A stretch of DNA of 47,931 nt from positions 1 through 47,931 of the IMG/VR virus record IMGVR_UViG_3300025669_000056; one strand, 5' to 3'. Positions 26,791 through 36,586 of the stretch are shown in pieces. The notes beneath the pieces were generated by a model. The model searched no databases and was not told where the DNA came from. It saw only the letters and a program-made list of their open reading frames with translations. The number at the start of each line of letters is the position of its first letter. The first letter of the stretch is position 1. The stretch is from a virus. Lineage: Duplodnaviria; Caudoviricetes. The translations under genes and the position numbers were made by a program.

Positions 26791-27665
26791 GGTTCATAAT
26801 AATTGAAGAAGTGGATGGTGCGCCGACTGCTGCTGTCTATAAACTTAAAGTCACAAATGATATGCTGACTGACAATGGTGATGGATCAGCTACGATAGAT
26901 TTGGGAGGTGCGCTTGGAAGCAAAACAATCAAAGCTATGTTCTTTGCAACAATTAGCAGTGGAACAACGTCCGGTACGATTACAAAGCCAGCAGGGACGA
27001 ATGCGACACTTATCATGGATGAGTGGGGGACTTCAACGGATGCTATTCTTTCGACTATGGAGAATGGGAAGCCCACGTTTGTCTCGCCGAGAGACTCATC
27101 AGGTGCTGTTATCACTACTACGTTTAACACGTCGGGAGACTATGCTTTCTCTGCTACTCCTAGTCCTGCTGCTGACCATGCTCTTGTCTTCGTCTATACT
27201 GCGGGACTTGGTGACTTTCTTGTAGCAGAGACTCTCGGAGAGAGTGAGCTTGTTCCTGAAGACAGCACAATGATTATTCCTACCACAGATCATACGGCCG
27301 GTGATGGATCGGCAAAGATAAGCCATGCGGTTGGTGAAACTGTAGTTTTTGGGCAGATCGGAATATTTAGTGGCGCTGACTTGGAATATATGCTTGCAGA
27401 TGCAGACGCATCAACCAGCTTGTTGGAATGTGTAATGTTTATAGAAGGTAAGGGCAACGGTGAAGTTTGTGAAATGGTTACAAAAGGATTTGTAATGGAT
27501 GAATCATGGAGTCTTACCCCAGGTGAGCCAATTTACGCCAGTACAACAGCAGGGGCAATAACACAGACCCCACCATCAACAGGGGTGCAAGAGTATCTTG
27601 GTTATGCAGTTAGAACAAATATTATATATTTTAAACCATCACCGATAACTTACAGGACAAACTAA
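26775..27665 (+). CDS. Virion fibre/decoration protein without signal peptide
   Basis: N-terminal EEVDGAP module; C-terminal capsid-fibre-like domain (LADADA...WSLTPGEPIYASTTAGAITQTPP...LGYA). Confidence 0.7.
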   Translation: MGSKIGFIIIEEVDGAPTAAVYKLKVTNDMLTDNGDGSATIDLGGALGSKTIKAMFFATISSGTTSGTITKPAGTNATLIMDEWGTSTDAILSTMENGKPTFVSPRDSSGAVITTTFNTSGDYAFSATPSPAADHALVFVYTAGLGDFLVAETLGESELVPEDSTMIIPTTDHTAGDGSAKISHAVGETVVFGQIGIFSGADLEYMLADADASTSLLECVMFIEGKGNGEVCEMVTKGFVMDESWSLTPGEPIYASTTAGAITQTPPSTGVQEYLGYAVRTNIIYFKPSPITYRTN

Positions 27666-27666
27666 T

Positions 27667-28500
27667 ATGAAACGATTTTTGATATTTTTGATATTTTTAA
27701 TTTTGCTTCCTTTGGATGCCTTTGCGCTCCATACCATGACCTCTGATAATACAAATGCAACTTATTGTTATGTTGTCGGAGATGGGTATTCGCTTAGATT
27801 TGATAAAACAACATATATGCTTAATTATGCTCAAATTAGAGAAGGAGCAAACGGGTCATTAATTAGGTTTAACACTTTGTCATTACATAATGGTGCAGAC
27901 CCTTTTTCAATTGGGTATGGTGATAGAACGCTCACAGTTACGGAAACTAACGATAGTCGAGTTGTCATTACTATGGTCGGAGGGCTTTATGATTCTTCAC
28001 AGAATCAACTCAGCACTCATGTAGTTACCGAAATTTATACTTGCTATCCTGATAGATTTACATATTGGCTATCAATTGATGTTGTTACTTCTGATATAGT
28101 CATTACGAGCAATTCTGTTTATAATCGTATGGGTGGTATCCTTGCAGCACAAGCCGCAATCACCGGGGAAGCTGTTATTTATGAAGGATCGGGTTCAGAG
28201 TCAACCGCTTCTGATGATACAGATTACAACACCGCAGATTATCTCGCAATTACTTCAGATGAGTGTAATTTTCTTATTTCGAATCTTCTCTGTGATGGGA
28301 CGTTACAGCTGAGATATGACCTTTCCGGTACAAATATGATTTTAAACGTCAGGATGTCGGGAACACTGACAGCCGGAATCACTTACGACCATGTTAATGT
28401 TATTTGGGTTGATCATGAAGATAGGGACGATACGCAACTTTACGACCTTGAAGCTGACAGAATAATCATAGGAAATCAGAATGCCGATGATAGTATTTAG
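27667..28500 (+). CDS. Exported beta-rich protein 1 (signal peptide)
   Basis: MKRFLIFLIFLILLPLDAFA|L; beta-sandwich-like mature region. Confidence 0.75.
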   Translation: MKRFLIFLIFLILLPLDAFALHTMTSDNTNATYCYVVGDGYSLRFDKTTYMLNYAQIREGANGSLIRFNTLSLHNGADPFSIGYGDRTLTVTETNDSRVVITMVGGLYDSSQNQLSTHVVTEIYTCYPDRFTYWLSIDVVTSDIVITSNSVYNRMGGILAAQAAITGEAVIYEGSGSESTASDDTDYNTADYLAITSDECNFLISNLLCDGTLQLRYDLSGTNMILNVRMSGTLTAGITYDHVNVIWVDHEDRDDTQLYDLEADRIIIGNQNADDSI

Positions 28501-31500
28501 ATATCTCTTAATATTTTTACTGTTTGCCCTTCCTGTTCATGCTGGAATCACGCAGGGAACGGCACAGACAGCCTTGTCAGATCCACTTTCAATCGGTTCT
28601 GAAGGGCTTACGAGTGATGGTGCTTGGCATATTGCAATAGACAGTAGTGCAGTTATTGTTGATTGGGCAACAGCTCAGAAACAACCGACTCTGTATATTT
28701 CCGGTTGCGGAAGCGAAACACCAGTTTTTTATATTGGTTCTACTTTACAGGTGGATGGCACAGATTACCAAGCTGAAGATTTGGGGAGTGGGGATTGGTT
28801 ATTTTCTCAGACTTCAAACGCCGCAGTTAATGACATTTGGACTATTGCCATAACCCCAAACACAATAACAACAGGGACTCCGGTTATTTTTCAAACAGAT
28901 CCCATAAGCCTTGGAACTGAGGGGAGGGCCAGTGATGGTGCTTTCCATATCACGCCGGAATCTAATTCAATCGTTGTAAATTGGAGCGATACCAGAAAAG
29001 TTCCGATAATTGTTGTGCATGGCGAGTATGGCATTCGGTCATTAAAAATTGATTCAACATACGCTGTTCGTGGAACCGGATATCAAGCCACAAATTTGGG
29101 ATCTAACAAATGGATGGTATCTCAAGCTGGTAATGTCACTAATTCAACTACCTGGGAAATCACCACTTTTGATAATGGCGATCAAACCGTTTCTTTGAGC
29201 GCATCCCCGACAATCAACTCAACTCCTGATGTAAATATCTCAGCAGAGATCGACACGGTATCACACGCGAATGCCTATAACTATCCATTCCAGCGTAATT
29301 TTTTATGTGATGGTTCCGGCTGCACTTACTATTATTACGACGGAACCGGAACAGACGATGCGGTCAGGTATGTAGCATTCTCGACAGACGATTACGCCAT
29401 GACTCCCAAGGATATCATGGTTGATAAAGACGATACGGCAAGGCAGATCATTGGAAACTATGAAATTGCCGGTGCGGTAGGGTGGGGTACATATTTAAGA
29501 CAAGGGCTTTATAATGCCTCTGACAACGAAGCTTTTGAGGTTTGGAGAGCAGATACAGACGATAACACGCTTGCTAATCGTGATGATACTTACGGTCAAC
29601 TCAGAGGCGATGTTTTCAACACTGAAAACTTTGATACATATCCTTCCCTTGCAATAGACAATCAATCAGCACCATACGGTTATATTGCCGCAAATACGGG
29701 ATCGGCCATTGAAGTTTTGGCGATGGATGGTAGTAATTATGCCTCCTGGGAAGCTTCTGCAACAGTTATCAGGGCAACAACAACCGGCGCAGGTTGCATG
29801 GTTGGGTTTCAATCATATGATATGGGTTGTGTTTATTCTGATGGTACGGATTTATTTTTTAAATTTTTTGATAAATCAGCCGGAACATGGGGAAGCGAAG
29901 AGACTGTATCGGCAGATTTAAAATCTGAAACTGCTTTTACTGCTATCACAACATCTCGATATACTTTGGTTGTATTCTGGATTGATGGAACGGACAACGA
30001 TTTATATTACAGAACCAGAACACAAGCAGGATCATGGGGAACCGCAACCGTATTTGCTTCTGACATGCAAACCGGAATTGATAACGGATTTACAGCTTCT
30101 TCTCTTTTCAACGATGATTCGGAACCTGGGGCCGTTGTTGGATATTGGGACGGAACTGATATAAAAATAAAGGAGTGGATAGAAGATACGGGAACCCTTG
30201 GAACCGGAACCCTTGGAAGTGCAACGGAATTTGTTTCAGGCCCGACCTTGCAAGACACTTACTTTACATCGAACGCCAAAACATACACTGATTTCGCAGT
30301 AGTTTACAGAACATCTGACAATACTATTCGGGTACGGGCAAAAGAATACGATCTGACAGAAACCATTAGTGACCTTGGAGGTATAGAAACCAACCACTTT
30401 GGCAGGGTTGGGGATTACATGGGGTATACAAAACCTGTTACAAATGGGACTCTCACAGTTGTTCCTTCTATTGGTTTTGGACATATCCCCCATGCTGCTA
30501 TTTATGATCATGATAAAGAACGATTTGTCAAAGATTGGCAACAGATTGATATCAGATATTGGGATTTGCACAATAAAGCTTTTTTTCAACTTGGGAATGA
30601 TGGGTATGTCTGGTTTATTTCTGGTGGGCGTAACAATGTAGGCGAGTCTCATTATATCTATATAAAAAAGAGTCCGTATCTTCTTGCAGATCCACGCTTT
30701 GATATTGATGTGGATGATTGGACAGATGTTTCACCTACACTTGATGACGGTAATGCAGACAGCGTTTCTGACTCATGTACTCGCGGATATAAAGAAATTT
30801 TCATTGATGATAATGGGGTTCTATTCCTTTTCACGGAAAGCAGTTATTCAATCCATGTACGGGCTTATGACGGTACTACATGGTATGATCCTGTTACAGT
30901 TGCGACTTCTCCGGAGTTAGGTATTTATTGGTCGGGAAACGGGCTTGCAATCGGCAACGAAACCGAATCGCAACAAACCCTTCATGTTTTTAATTCATAT
31001 TCTCTTGCTGCTTTGGGCGCTGGTTATGCGTCTGATGTTGGGTACTGTAAATTAGTTTATCAGGGGGATGGTACTTTTTTGGCTTATCGTTCAGACGGTG
31101 CAAGTCTTACCCTTCCGCTTTCTCCATCTAATAATGATATCGTTGTCCGGTGCGATGATGCCTATTCGTATTCTGAAAGAGCCAATTCAACGGCTTATGC
31201 TGAAGATGATGTGAGGTATTGTGACGGTCACTATTACATCTGCACCACGGCAGGAACGAGCGCAGGAAGCCCTCCGACATTCGATACAGACCATTATGCC
31301 ACAACCACAGATGGTACGGCGGTATGGACTGAGCAAGGTCATTACACGACTGATTACATTCCTGTTGTCAACGGTTCAGCAGATATTCTCAGTTCGGCAA
31401 CACCGTCCCTGATTCAGAAATTTTCGAACTCAAGTGGAGTTTTTCAGGGTTGGAGTTTTTATAAGTATTCCAGTGATGAATGGTATCAAAACGAGTATAC

Positions 31501-31831
31501 CACTGATTCAGATGATGCCTACTTGGACAATCTTAAAATCTATAGCTCTGGCTTAATATTCGCTGTTGGTATGGGGGCTGGTGGAAACAACATAACCTAC
31601 CTTGTATCACATGACGAGGGTGTAACGTGGTCTGCTCAAAGTAACGGATTGTCTGGATTATGGGGTGATCAAACCACGATGAATAATTTTGGTGGAAACT
31701 CAGTAGTAATTTTGTCTTACAAAAACGTGACTCCTTTTTTGTATAAGTATCAAATGGGAGTCCTTAGCTTAACCACGCCTATTAGGGTAATGGGTACAGG
31801 AAATGCTGTATATGGATTTATATTACAATAA
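28481..31831 (+). CDS. Exported multidomain adhesin/tailspike-like protein 2 (signal peptide, tandem N-domains, beta-propeller/BNR, CBM-like tail module)
   Basis: MIVFRYLLIFLLFALPVHA|G; two repeats of about 105 aa; Asp-box SHDEGVTW; TAY...YYICTTAGTS...PPTF...DGTAVW module. Confidence 0.75.
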   Translation: MPMIVFRYLLIFLLFALPVHAGITQGTAQTALSDPLSIGSEGLTSDGAWHIAIDSSAVIVDWATAQKQPTLYISGCGSETPVFYIGSTLQVDGTDYQAEDLGSGDWLFSQTSNAAVNDIWTIAITPNTITTGTPVIFQTDPISLGTEGRASDGAFHITPESNSIVVNWSDTRKVPIIVVHGEYGIRSLKIDSTYAVRGTGYQATNLGSNKWMVSQAGNVTNSTTWEITTFDNGDQTVSLSASPTINSTPDVNISAEIDTVSHANAYNYPFQRNFLCDGSGCTYYYYDGTGTDDAVRYVAFSTDDYAMTPKDIMVDKDDTARQIIGNYEIAGAVGWGTYLRQGLYNASDNEAFEVWRADTDDNTLANRDDTYGQLRGDVFNTENFDTYPSLAIDNQSAPYGYIAANTGSAIEVLAMDGSNYASWEASATVIRATTTGAGCMVGFQSYDMGCVYSDGTDLFFKFFDKSAGTWGSEETVSADLKSETAFTAITTSRYTLVVFWIDGTDNDLYYRTRTQAGSWGTATVFASDMQTGIDNGFTASSLFNDDSEPGAVVGYWDGTDIKIKEWIEDTGTLGTGTLGSATEFVSGPTLQDTYFTSNAKTYTDFAVVYRTSDNTIRVRAKEYDLTETISDLGGIETNHFGRVGDYMGYTKPVTNGTLTVVPSIGFGHIPHAAIYDHDKERFVKDWQQIDIRYWDLHNKAFFQLGNDGYVWFISGGRNNVGESHYIYIKKSPYLLADPRFDIDVDDWTDVSPTLDDGNADSVSDSCTRGYKEIFIDDNGVLFLFTESSYSIHVRAYDGTTWYDPVTVATSPELGIYWSGNGLAIGNETESQQTLHVFNSYSLAALGAGYASDVGYCKLVYQGDGTFLAYRSDGASLTLPLSPSNNDIVVRCDDAYSYSERANSTAYAEDDVRYCDGHYYICTTAGTSAGSPPTFDTDHYATTTDGTAVWTEQGHYTTDYIPVVNGSADILSSATPSLIQKFSNSSGVFQGWSFYKYSSDEWYQNEYTTDSDDAYLDNLKIYSSGLIFAVGMGAGGNNITYLVSHDEGVTWSAQSNGLSGLWGDQTTMNNFGGNSVVILSYKNVTPFLYKYQMGVLSLTTPIRVMGTGNAVYGFILQ

Positions 31832-31841
31832 GGAAACGATT

Positions 31842-32243
31842 ATGAAAAAAACAAGTGCAGTATTATTCTTTTTGGTTTTACTTTTAGTATCCACGCTCTG
31901 TTTTGCAGAATATGAAGGAACGTATGAGATTGATAAATATATAACCTTTGCAGCCCCGGCGCATAACCCTAATACATCGTTTGATGTGGATCTCGATGAC
32001 CCTCCAACTTATCGGATTTACGAAGACGATACTGAAACTCCCGTTGCTACTGGATCAATGATCTTATTTGATGATGCCAATACTACTGGATATTATAAAA
32101 AGAGATTGCAGTTATCAGCAGCAAATGGATTTAGTGTAGATCATGATTACCATATTCGTATTTCTGGTTTACTTACCGGCACAGCGTCTAAAGTAATTAA
32201 ATTTAAAATCGAAACCAAGGCGAAACTTGGCCCGTTTGAATAG
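31842..32243 (+). CDS. Exported Ig-like protein 3 (signal peptide)
   Basis: MKKTSAVLFFLVLLLVSTLCFA|E; PTYRIYED...TGYY......AANGF....Y.I.I pattern seen in phage tail proteins. Confidence 0.7.
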   Translation: MKKTSAVLFFLVLLLVSTLCFAEYEGTYEIDKYITFAAPAHNPNTSFDVDLDDPPTYRIYEDDTETPVATGSMILFDDANTTGYYKKRLQLSAANGFSVDHDYHIRISGLLTGTASKVIKFKIETKAKLGPFE

Positions 32244-32251
32244 GAGTAAAA

Positions 32252-32731
32252 ATGAAAAGGTTTTTCACAACAATATTGACATTTTTCTTTTTGACTGTTT
32301 CGGCTTTCGGAACATCAAGCATGTTCACGAATCGGTATCTCTCTGATTTACATAAAGGGGGAGTTGATTGGTCAAACGATTCATTTAAAATCATCTTAAT
32401 GCAGAGCAGTTATACGTTTGATTATGACACTCATGACACATATTCAGACGTTTCCGCTTCGGAATTGGCAACTAATTATGGATACACTCAAAACACTAAA
32501 ACGCTCGCAAGTGTCACAGTCACAGAAAGCAGTAGCGGTGATTTTTCACTCACGTTTGCTGATGTGACTTGGACTGCAAGTGGGGGAGAAATTGGGCCAG
32601 TATCATGCGCTCTAATCATAGATGATACCCACGCCTCTGATATTGTTGTCGGGTGTATTTGGTTTGGGGCAAATAGGACAGCAGCCGATGGGACGGAATT
32701 TGCGATTCGAGGTAATTCGTTAGGTCGGTAA
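32252..32731 (+). CDS. Exported protein 4, phage minor-tail-like family with signal peptide
   Basis: MKRFFTTILTFFFLTVSAFG|T; DWSNDSFKIILM..SYTFD.DTH....DV...E.....GY.....TL...FADVTWTASGG. Confidence 0.75.
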   Translation: MKRFFTTILTFFFLTVSAFGTSSMFTNRYLSDLHKGGVDWSNDSFKIILMQSSYTFDYDTHDTYSDVSASELATNYGYTQNTKTLASVTVTESSSGDFSLTFADVTWTASGGEIGPVSCALIIDDTHASDIVVGCIWFGANRTAADGTEFAIRGNSLGR

Positions 32732-32766
32732 TGACAGTACATACAAACCCTAACGGGAGAGGAAAT

Positions 32767-34431
32767 ATGAAAAGTTTTATAGGAATTTTGACAGTAATTT
32801 TAGTTTTATCGTTTACCGGAAATGCTTCTGCTAGGTCCGCCATTGGACTCATAAAAGTAACTGAAGCTGATGGAAGTCCTTCTGCTTATGTTAATGAGAT
32901 CGTTGTACCTAATGATACACTCTCAACAAGTGGAGCTGTTGGAACACAGACTCTTCCGGCGACACTAGGAACACTTAATGCTATTACCTACTCAGCTAAT
33001 ACACAGTCTCTTCTTGCTGCTGCTGATTATGCAGCTATGAAAGTTCTTCTTGGTCTTGCTGATGTTATACAGACTCCATTGAACGTGGATAATGAAGATG
33101 CGGTGACTCTTGACGCTGGCGATGTTGTGTTCCTGGCGATGACCGGAACAGGAGAGCCAACGAACTTCACGATGACTGAGACTAATGCTTCTGAGGGACA
33201 GATTGGGATTCTCTTTAATGCAGGAACTACGAGTCTTAAAACCGGAGATGATGCAGGGGTTCTTGAATTGGATGGTAATACTATAATTCCCCCAGGGAAA
33301 TTCTTGATAATTAAATATGTCACAGATCGTTACTACGGCTATGGTGGTTACGGACTCAGCGAAGTGTGGAGTGCAATCAATCTTGCTCCAAGTGGAATCG
33401 GTCAATTTAATAAGAAAATAATAAATTCAGCCGTAGATTATAATCTAATTCCAACTGAAATGGATAGTACTATTTTTATGACAGCAGGGGGAAGGGTCAA
33501 TATTCCTGATAGTTCACTAATCTTGTCAGGCGCTTTTATAAGATGTTTTAAAATAGGCACAGCAGATACATATGTAAGATCACTTAATGCTTCTCATGTT
33601 ATCACTAACTATGAAGGAACCGCTTTTACTGCTGCTGATATGGTTAAGCTTGATGATGCAAGTGGGAGTATGGTCGAGCTGACTTACCGAACTACTAATG
33701 ACTGGAGAGTTACGGATCGAGAAGGGGTTCCAGCAGACGGAGGCGTACCAGGAGGAGGGGCTGCAACATATATCGCTGACGGTAATGCCATTGCTGCTTA
33801 CCTTTTTGAGAATGATCTAACAGATGAGACAGCAAATAGTAATGATCTGACTGATTCTGGTACTATAACTTACGAGACTGCTACACCAGCACCGCCAAAT
33901 GGAACTTACTCTGCTCTTTTTGTGGCAGCAAGTTCTCAATACGGATATTCTGCAAGTGCTGATTTCGATTTCACGACTACTTTTTCAATATGTGGACGGG
34001 TGTACTTTAACAGTGATGATTATTCACCTATAGCTGCAAAAGGTACATCAGTCGATAGCGGTTATTTAATCCGTAGGCATGGCGGTAATAACGCATTTCA
34101 ATTTCAAATATCAAGTGATGGTACAGCTACAGAAAGTCCACAAACCGCTACAGACTCAGCACCTACAGGAGAATGGATTTTCTTTGCTATTACTAATACT
34201 GGTACAGCAATGAAATTTTATATTGCCGGTTTACCTCACGATGGCGGGTCGTTCCCATCCGGTTCTTATGCTTACTCAGGTGGAGTCAATGACACCGTAG
34301 GTAATTTCATGGTAGGAAGAAGTGAGGATATAGGTAGTTATATGGATGGTAATCTTAAAGATCTCTATGTAACTAATGACGTTCTTAGTGACGCTGAGAT
34401 TTATGATATAGAGATAAATGGATTACAATAA
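32767..34431 (+). CDS. Exported fibre-like protein 5 with C-terminal LamG/ConA-like lectin domain
   Basis: MKSFIGILTVILVLSFTGNASA|R; EADGSP module; FSICGRVY...GEWIFFAIT...KFYIAG...MDGNLKDLYVTNDVLSDAEI. Confidence 0.8.
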   Translation: MKSFIGILTVILVLSFTGNASARSAIGLIKVTEADGSPSAYVNEIVVPNDTLSTSGAVGTQTLPATLGTLNAITYSANTQSLLAAADYAAMKVLLGLADVIQTPLNVDNEDAVTLDAGDVVFLAMTGTGEPTNFTMTETNASEGQIGILFNAGTTSLKTGDDAGVLELDGNTIIPPGKFLIIKYVTDRYYGYGGYGLSEVWSAINLAPSGIGQFNKKIINSAVDYNLIPTEMDSTIFMTAGGRVNIPDSSLILSGAFIRCFKIGTADTYVRSLNASHVITNYEGTAFTAADMVKLDDASGSMVELTYRTTNDWRVTDREGVPADGGVPGGGAATYIADGNAIAAYLFENDLTDETANSNDLTDSGTITYETATPAPPNGTYSALFVAASSQYGYSASADFDFTTTFSICGRVYFNSDDYSPIAAKGTSVDSGYLIRRHGGNNAFQFQISSDGTATESPQTATDSAPTGEWIFFAITNTGTAMKFYIAGLPHDGGSFPSGSYAYSGGVNDTVGNFMVGRSEDIGSYMDGNLKDLYVTNDVLSDAEIYDIEINGLQ

Positions 34432-34432
34432 T

Positions 34433-36313
34433 ATGAAAAAGTTACTCATAATATTAAGCTTCCTGCTGATTCCTCTCCAAGCTTTTGCAGCAGCGTACTA
34501 TGTTAGTACAAGTGGTTCTGGTACAGGAGTTGGCTCAGAGGGAGATCCCTTTACTATGGCTCAAGCTAATAGTAAGTCGGACTATGTTGCAGGGGATGAT
34601 ATTTATTTTAAAAGAGGCGACACATTCCCAGGTGTGATATTTACGGTTGGTCATTCTGGAGTTGATACTGATAACTACGCTATTATTGGGGCATACGGAA
34701 CAGGAGATAAACCGATTTTCGATGGGGAGTATGTATTTCCACTGGATAGAAATGATGGGCTAATTGAGTCTCACTACCAAGAGTATATCTTAATAACAAA
34801 TATAAGTCTTAAGGATTCACTAGGACATCACATGGTGGTGGATAACGCGAGTTACATAAACACCGTTGATGTTGACTGTAATAAAGCTTTTAATGCTGGG
34901 ATAAAATACTATAATATCGACCACGGTGTGATCCAAGGATGCACTGTGACGGATACAGGAAGAAAAAGAGTTGAAGACTTAGGATCGGATTACCCGGCAG
35001 CAATCGCTGTCGTGAGCTATAGTAATAATGTCACTGTTTCAAAGAACACTTCATATCATAACCACGGTGAGGGAATAGGATTCTTTAATTATAACGATAC
35101 TGGTTTAGTTGCTGAAGATAATATTTTGTATGGGAACAAGGTTGGTATTTATGTCGGATCGACAAAGGGTGTGATTATCCGTAGAAACCTTGTTTATGGC
35201 ACAGGAAATGCAACTTACAATCTTGATACAAATCCGTCAGATGGAATTGGCTTGAATAATGAAAACAGTAATGATCCTTATACTGAGGACGTACAAATCT
35301 ATGGTAACTTTATAGCTTATTGTTACAGAGGAATATTTATAAATTCAGCGAATGTAGCTGGCTACGTTAAGGATGTTAAGGTTTATAATAACGGAGTAGT
35401 CTTCTGTGATATCAATTTCTATTCTTACGTTGGTCTTGGTTCAAGTCAATATGTTAATAATGAAGTTAAGAATAATTACTTCTATGGTTTTACTAATGTG
35501 CAAGCACAAGTGCCTTATCATAATGATGGGATTGACTTTGATTACAATCTGTGGAGTTCAGAGCCAGTAGCTAATGCTAAGGGAACGAATGATCTCTCTT
35601 ATGCTGCGCCTGGGTTGGTAGAAACAACTTCAGTATGGTGGAGAGATAAAGACGGTGATGATCTCACTATTCAGGATTTTGCCCTTCAAGATGGCTCAGC
35701 AGCAGATAATACAGGTTTAGATTTAGGGGACACTTGGGATGATGTTACCGATGTTGAGCAGTCACTATCGTATCCAACAACCACCACAACAGTAAGCCAA
35801 GATACTTTCGGTTGGGACATAGGGCCGGATGCCTTGACGGGTGGTGCAGTTGCCTCCGGGACCATAAGCCCTGTTGGATATCTACCAGAAACAAATATCG
35901 TAGACGGTGGGAAAACAATAATTCTTACACTTACAAATGCAATATGGCATGTGGATATTGGAACCGACTGTTCGCAGACCACAGACCTACTTGCAGGAAT
36001 AACAAGCTCAGGAACAGAAACCTATGGATGGACTAATGTTGTAGCTTTAACCTATGCTCACGTTGTCAGAACGAGTACTACGGTTGTAACAATCACACTT
36101 CCCGCTTTTGCAACATATGACATAAGCCTATCAGAATTAATCTCAATTATCATACCTGCAACAGCAACTAATGCAGGGGCAGCTATAACGGCAAGCGGAA
36201 CGATCTATGTTTCCTTTATTGAAGCAGATGTGTTTCGTAAAGAGATATTACATAGTTCAGATCCTACTAAAGTAGTAGGGTATTCATCGACCGGAAAAGA
36301 TATTAATTACTAA
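34433..36313 (+). CDS. Exported right-handed beta-helix (pectin lyase-like/depolymerase) protein 6
   Basis: MKKLLIILSFLLIPLQAFA|A; YYVSTSGSG...GDDIYFKRGDTF...IGAYGTGDKP; repeated PbH1-like N/GI strands. Confidence 0.85.
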   Translation: MKKLLIILSFLLIPLQAFAAAYYVSTSGSGTGVGSEGDPFTMAQANSKSDYVAGDDIYFKRGDTFPGVIFTVGHSGVDTDNYAIIGAYGTGDKPIFDGEYVFPLDRNDGLIESHYQEYILITNISLKDSLGHHMVVDNASYINTVDVDCNKAFNAGIKYYNIDHGVIQGCTVTDTGRKRVEDLGSDYPAAIAVVSYSNNVTVSKNTSYHNHGEGIGFFNYNDTGLVAEDNILYGNKVGIYVGSTKGVIIRRNLVYGTGNATYNLDTNPSDGIGLNNENSNDPYTEDVQIYGNFIAYCYRGIFINSANVAGYVKDVKVYNNGVVFCDINFYSYVGLGSSQYVNNEVKNNYFYGFTNVQAQVPYHNDGIDFDYNLWSSEPVANAKGTNDLSYAAPGLVETTSVWWRDKDGDDLTIQDFALQDGSAADNTGLDLGDTWDDVTDVEQSLSYPTTTTTVSQDTFGWDIGPDALTGGAVASGTISPVGYLPETNIVDGGKTIILTLTNAIWHVDIGTDCSQTTDLLAGITSSGTETYGWTNVVALTYAHVVRTSTTVVTITLPAFATYDISLSELISIIIPATATNAGAAITASGTIYVSFIEADVFRKEILHSSDPTKVVGYSSTGKDINY

Positions 36314-36316
36314 CAA

Positions 36317-36586
36317 GTGGAGTTTCTTATGTCAGAAGATCTTAAAACTTTGTGCATAGAACATGGAAAGACACTGGAAAGGGTAGTTGTTCTGATAGAA
36401 GAAGGGAATAAGCAGCATCTTACTATCTTCGATAAACTTAAAGCTATTCCTAAACTAGATAAAAGAATAGTTGTTCTTGAGACCAAAGAAGCAACACAAC
36501 CTTCAGCTAAGAGAATAATGACTTTTGCTTCTATTGCTGGTGGGATGACCACTGCAATGATGTGGATTGCAAAGAGGTTGCTATGA
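36317..36586 (+). CDS. Small membrane protein (coiled coil plus C-terminal TM), lysis-associated
   Basis: LDKRIVVLE coil then a hydrophobic tail; coupled to the endolysin gene. Confidence 0.55.
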   Translation: MEFLMSEDLKTLCIEHGKTLERVVVLIEEGNKQHLTIFDKLKAIPKLDKRIVVLETKEATQPSAKRIMTFASIAGGMTTAMMWIAKRLL

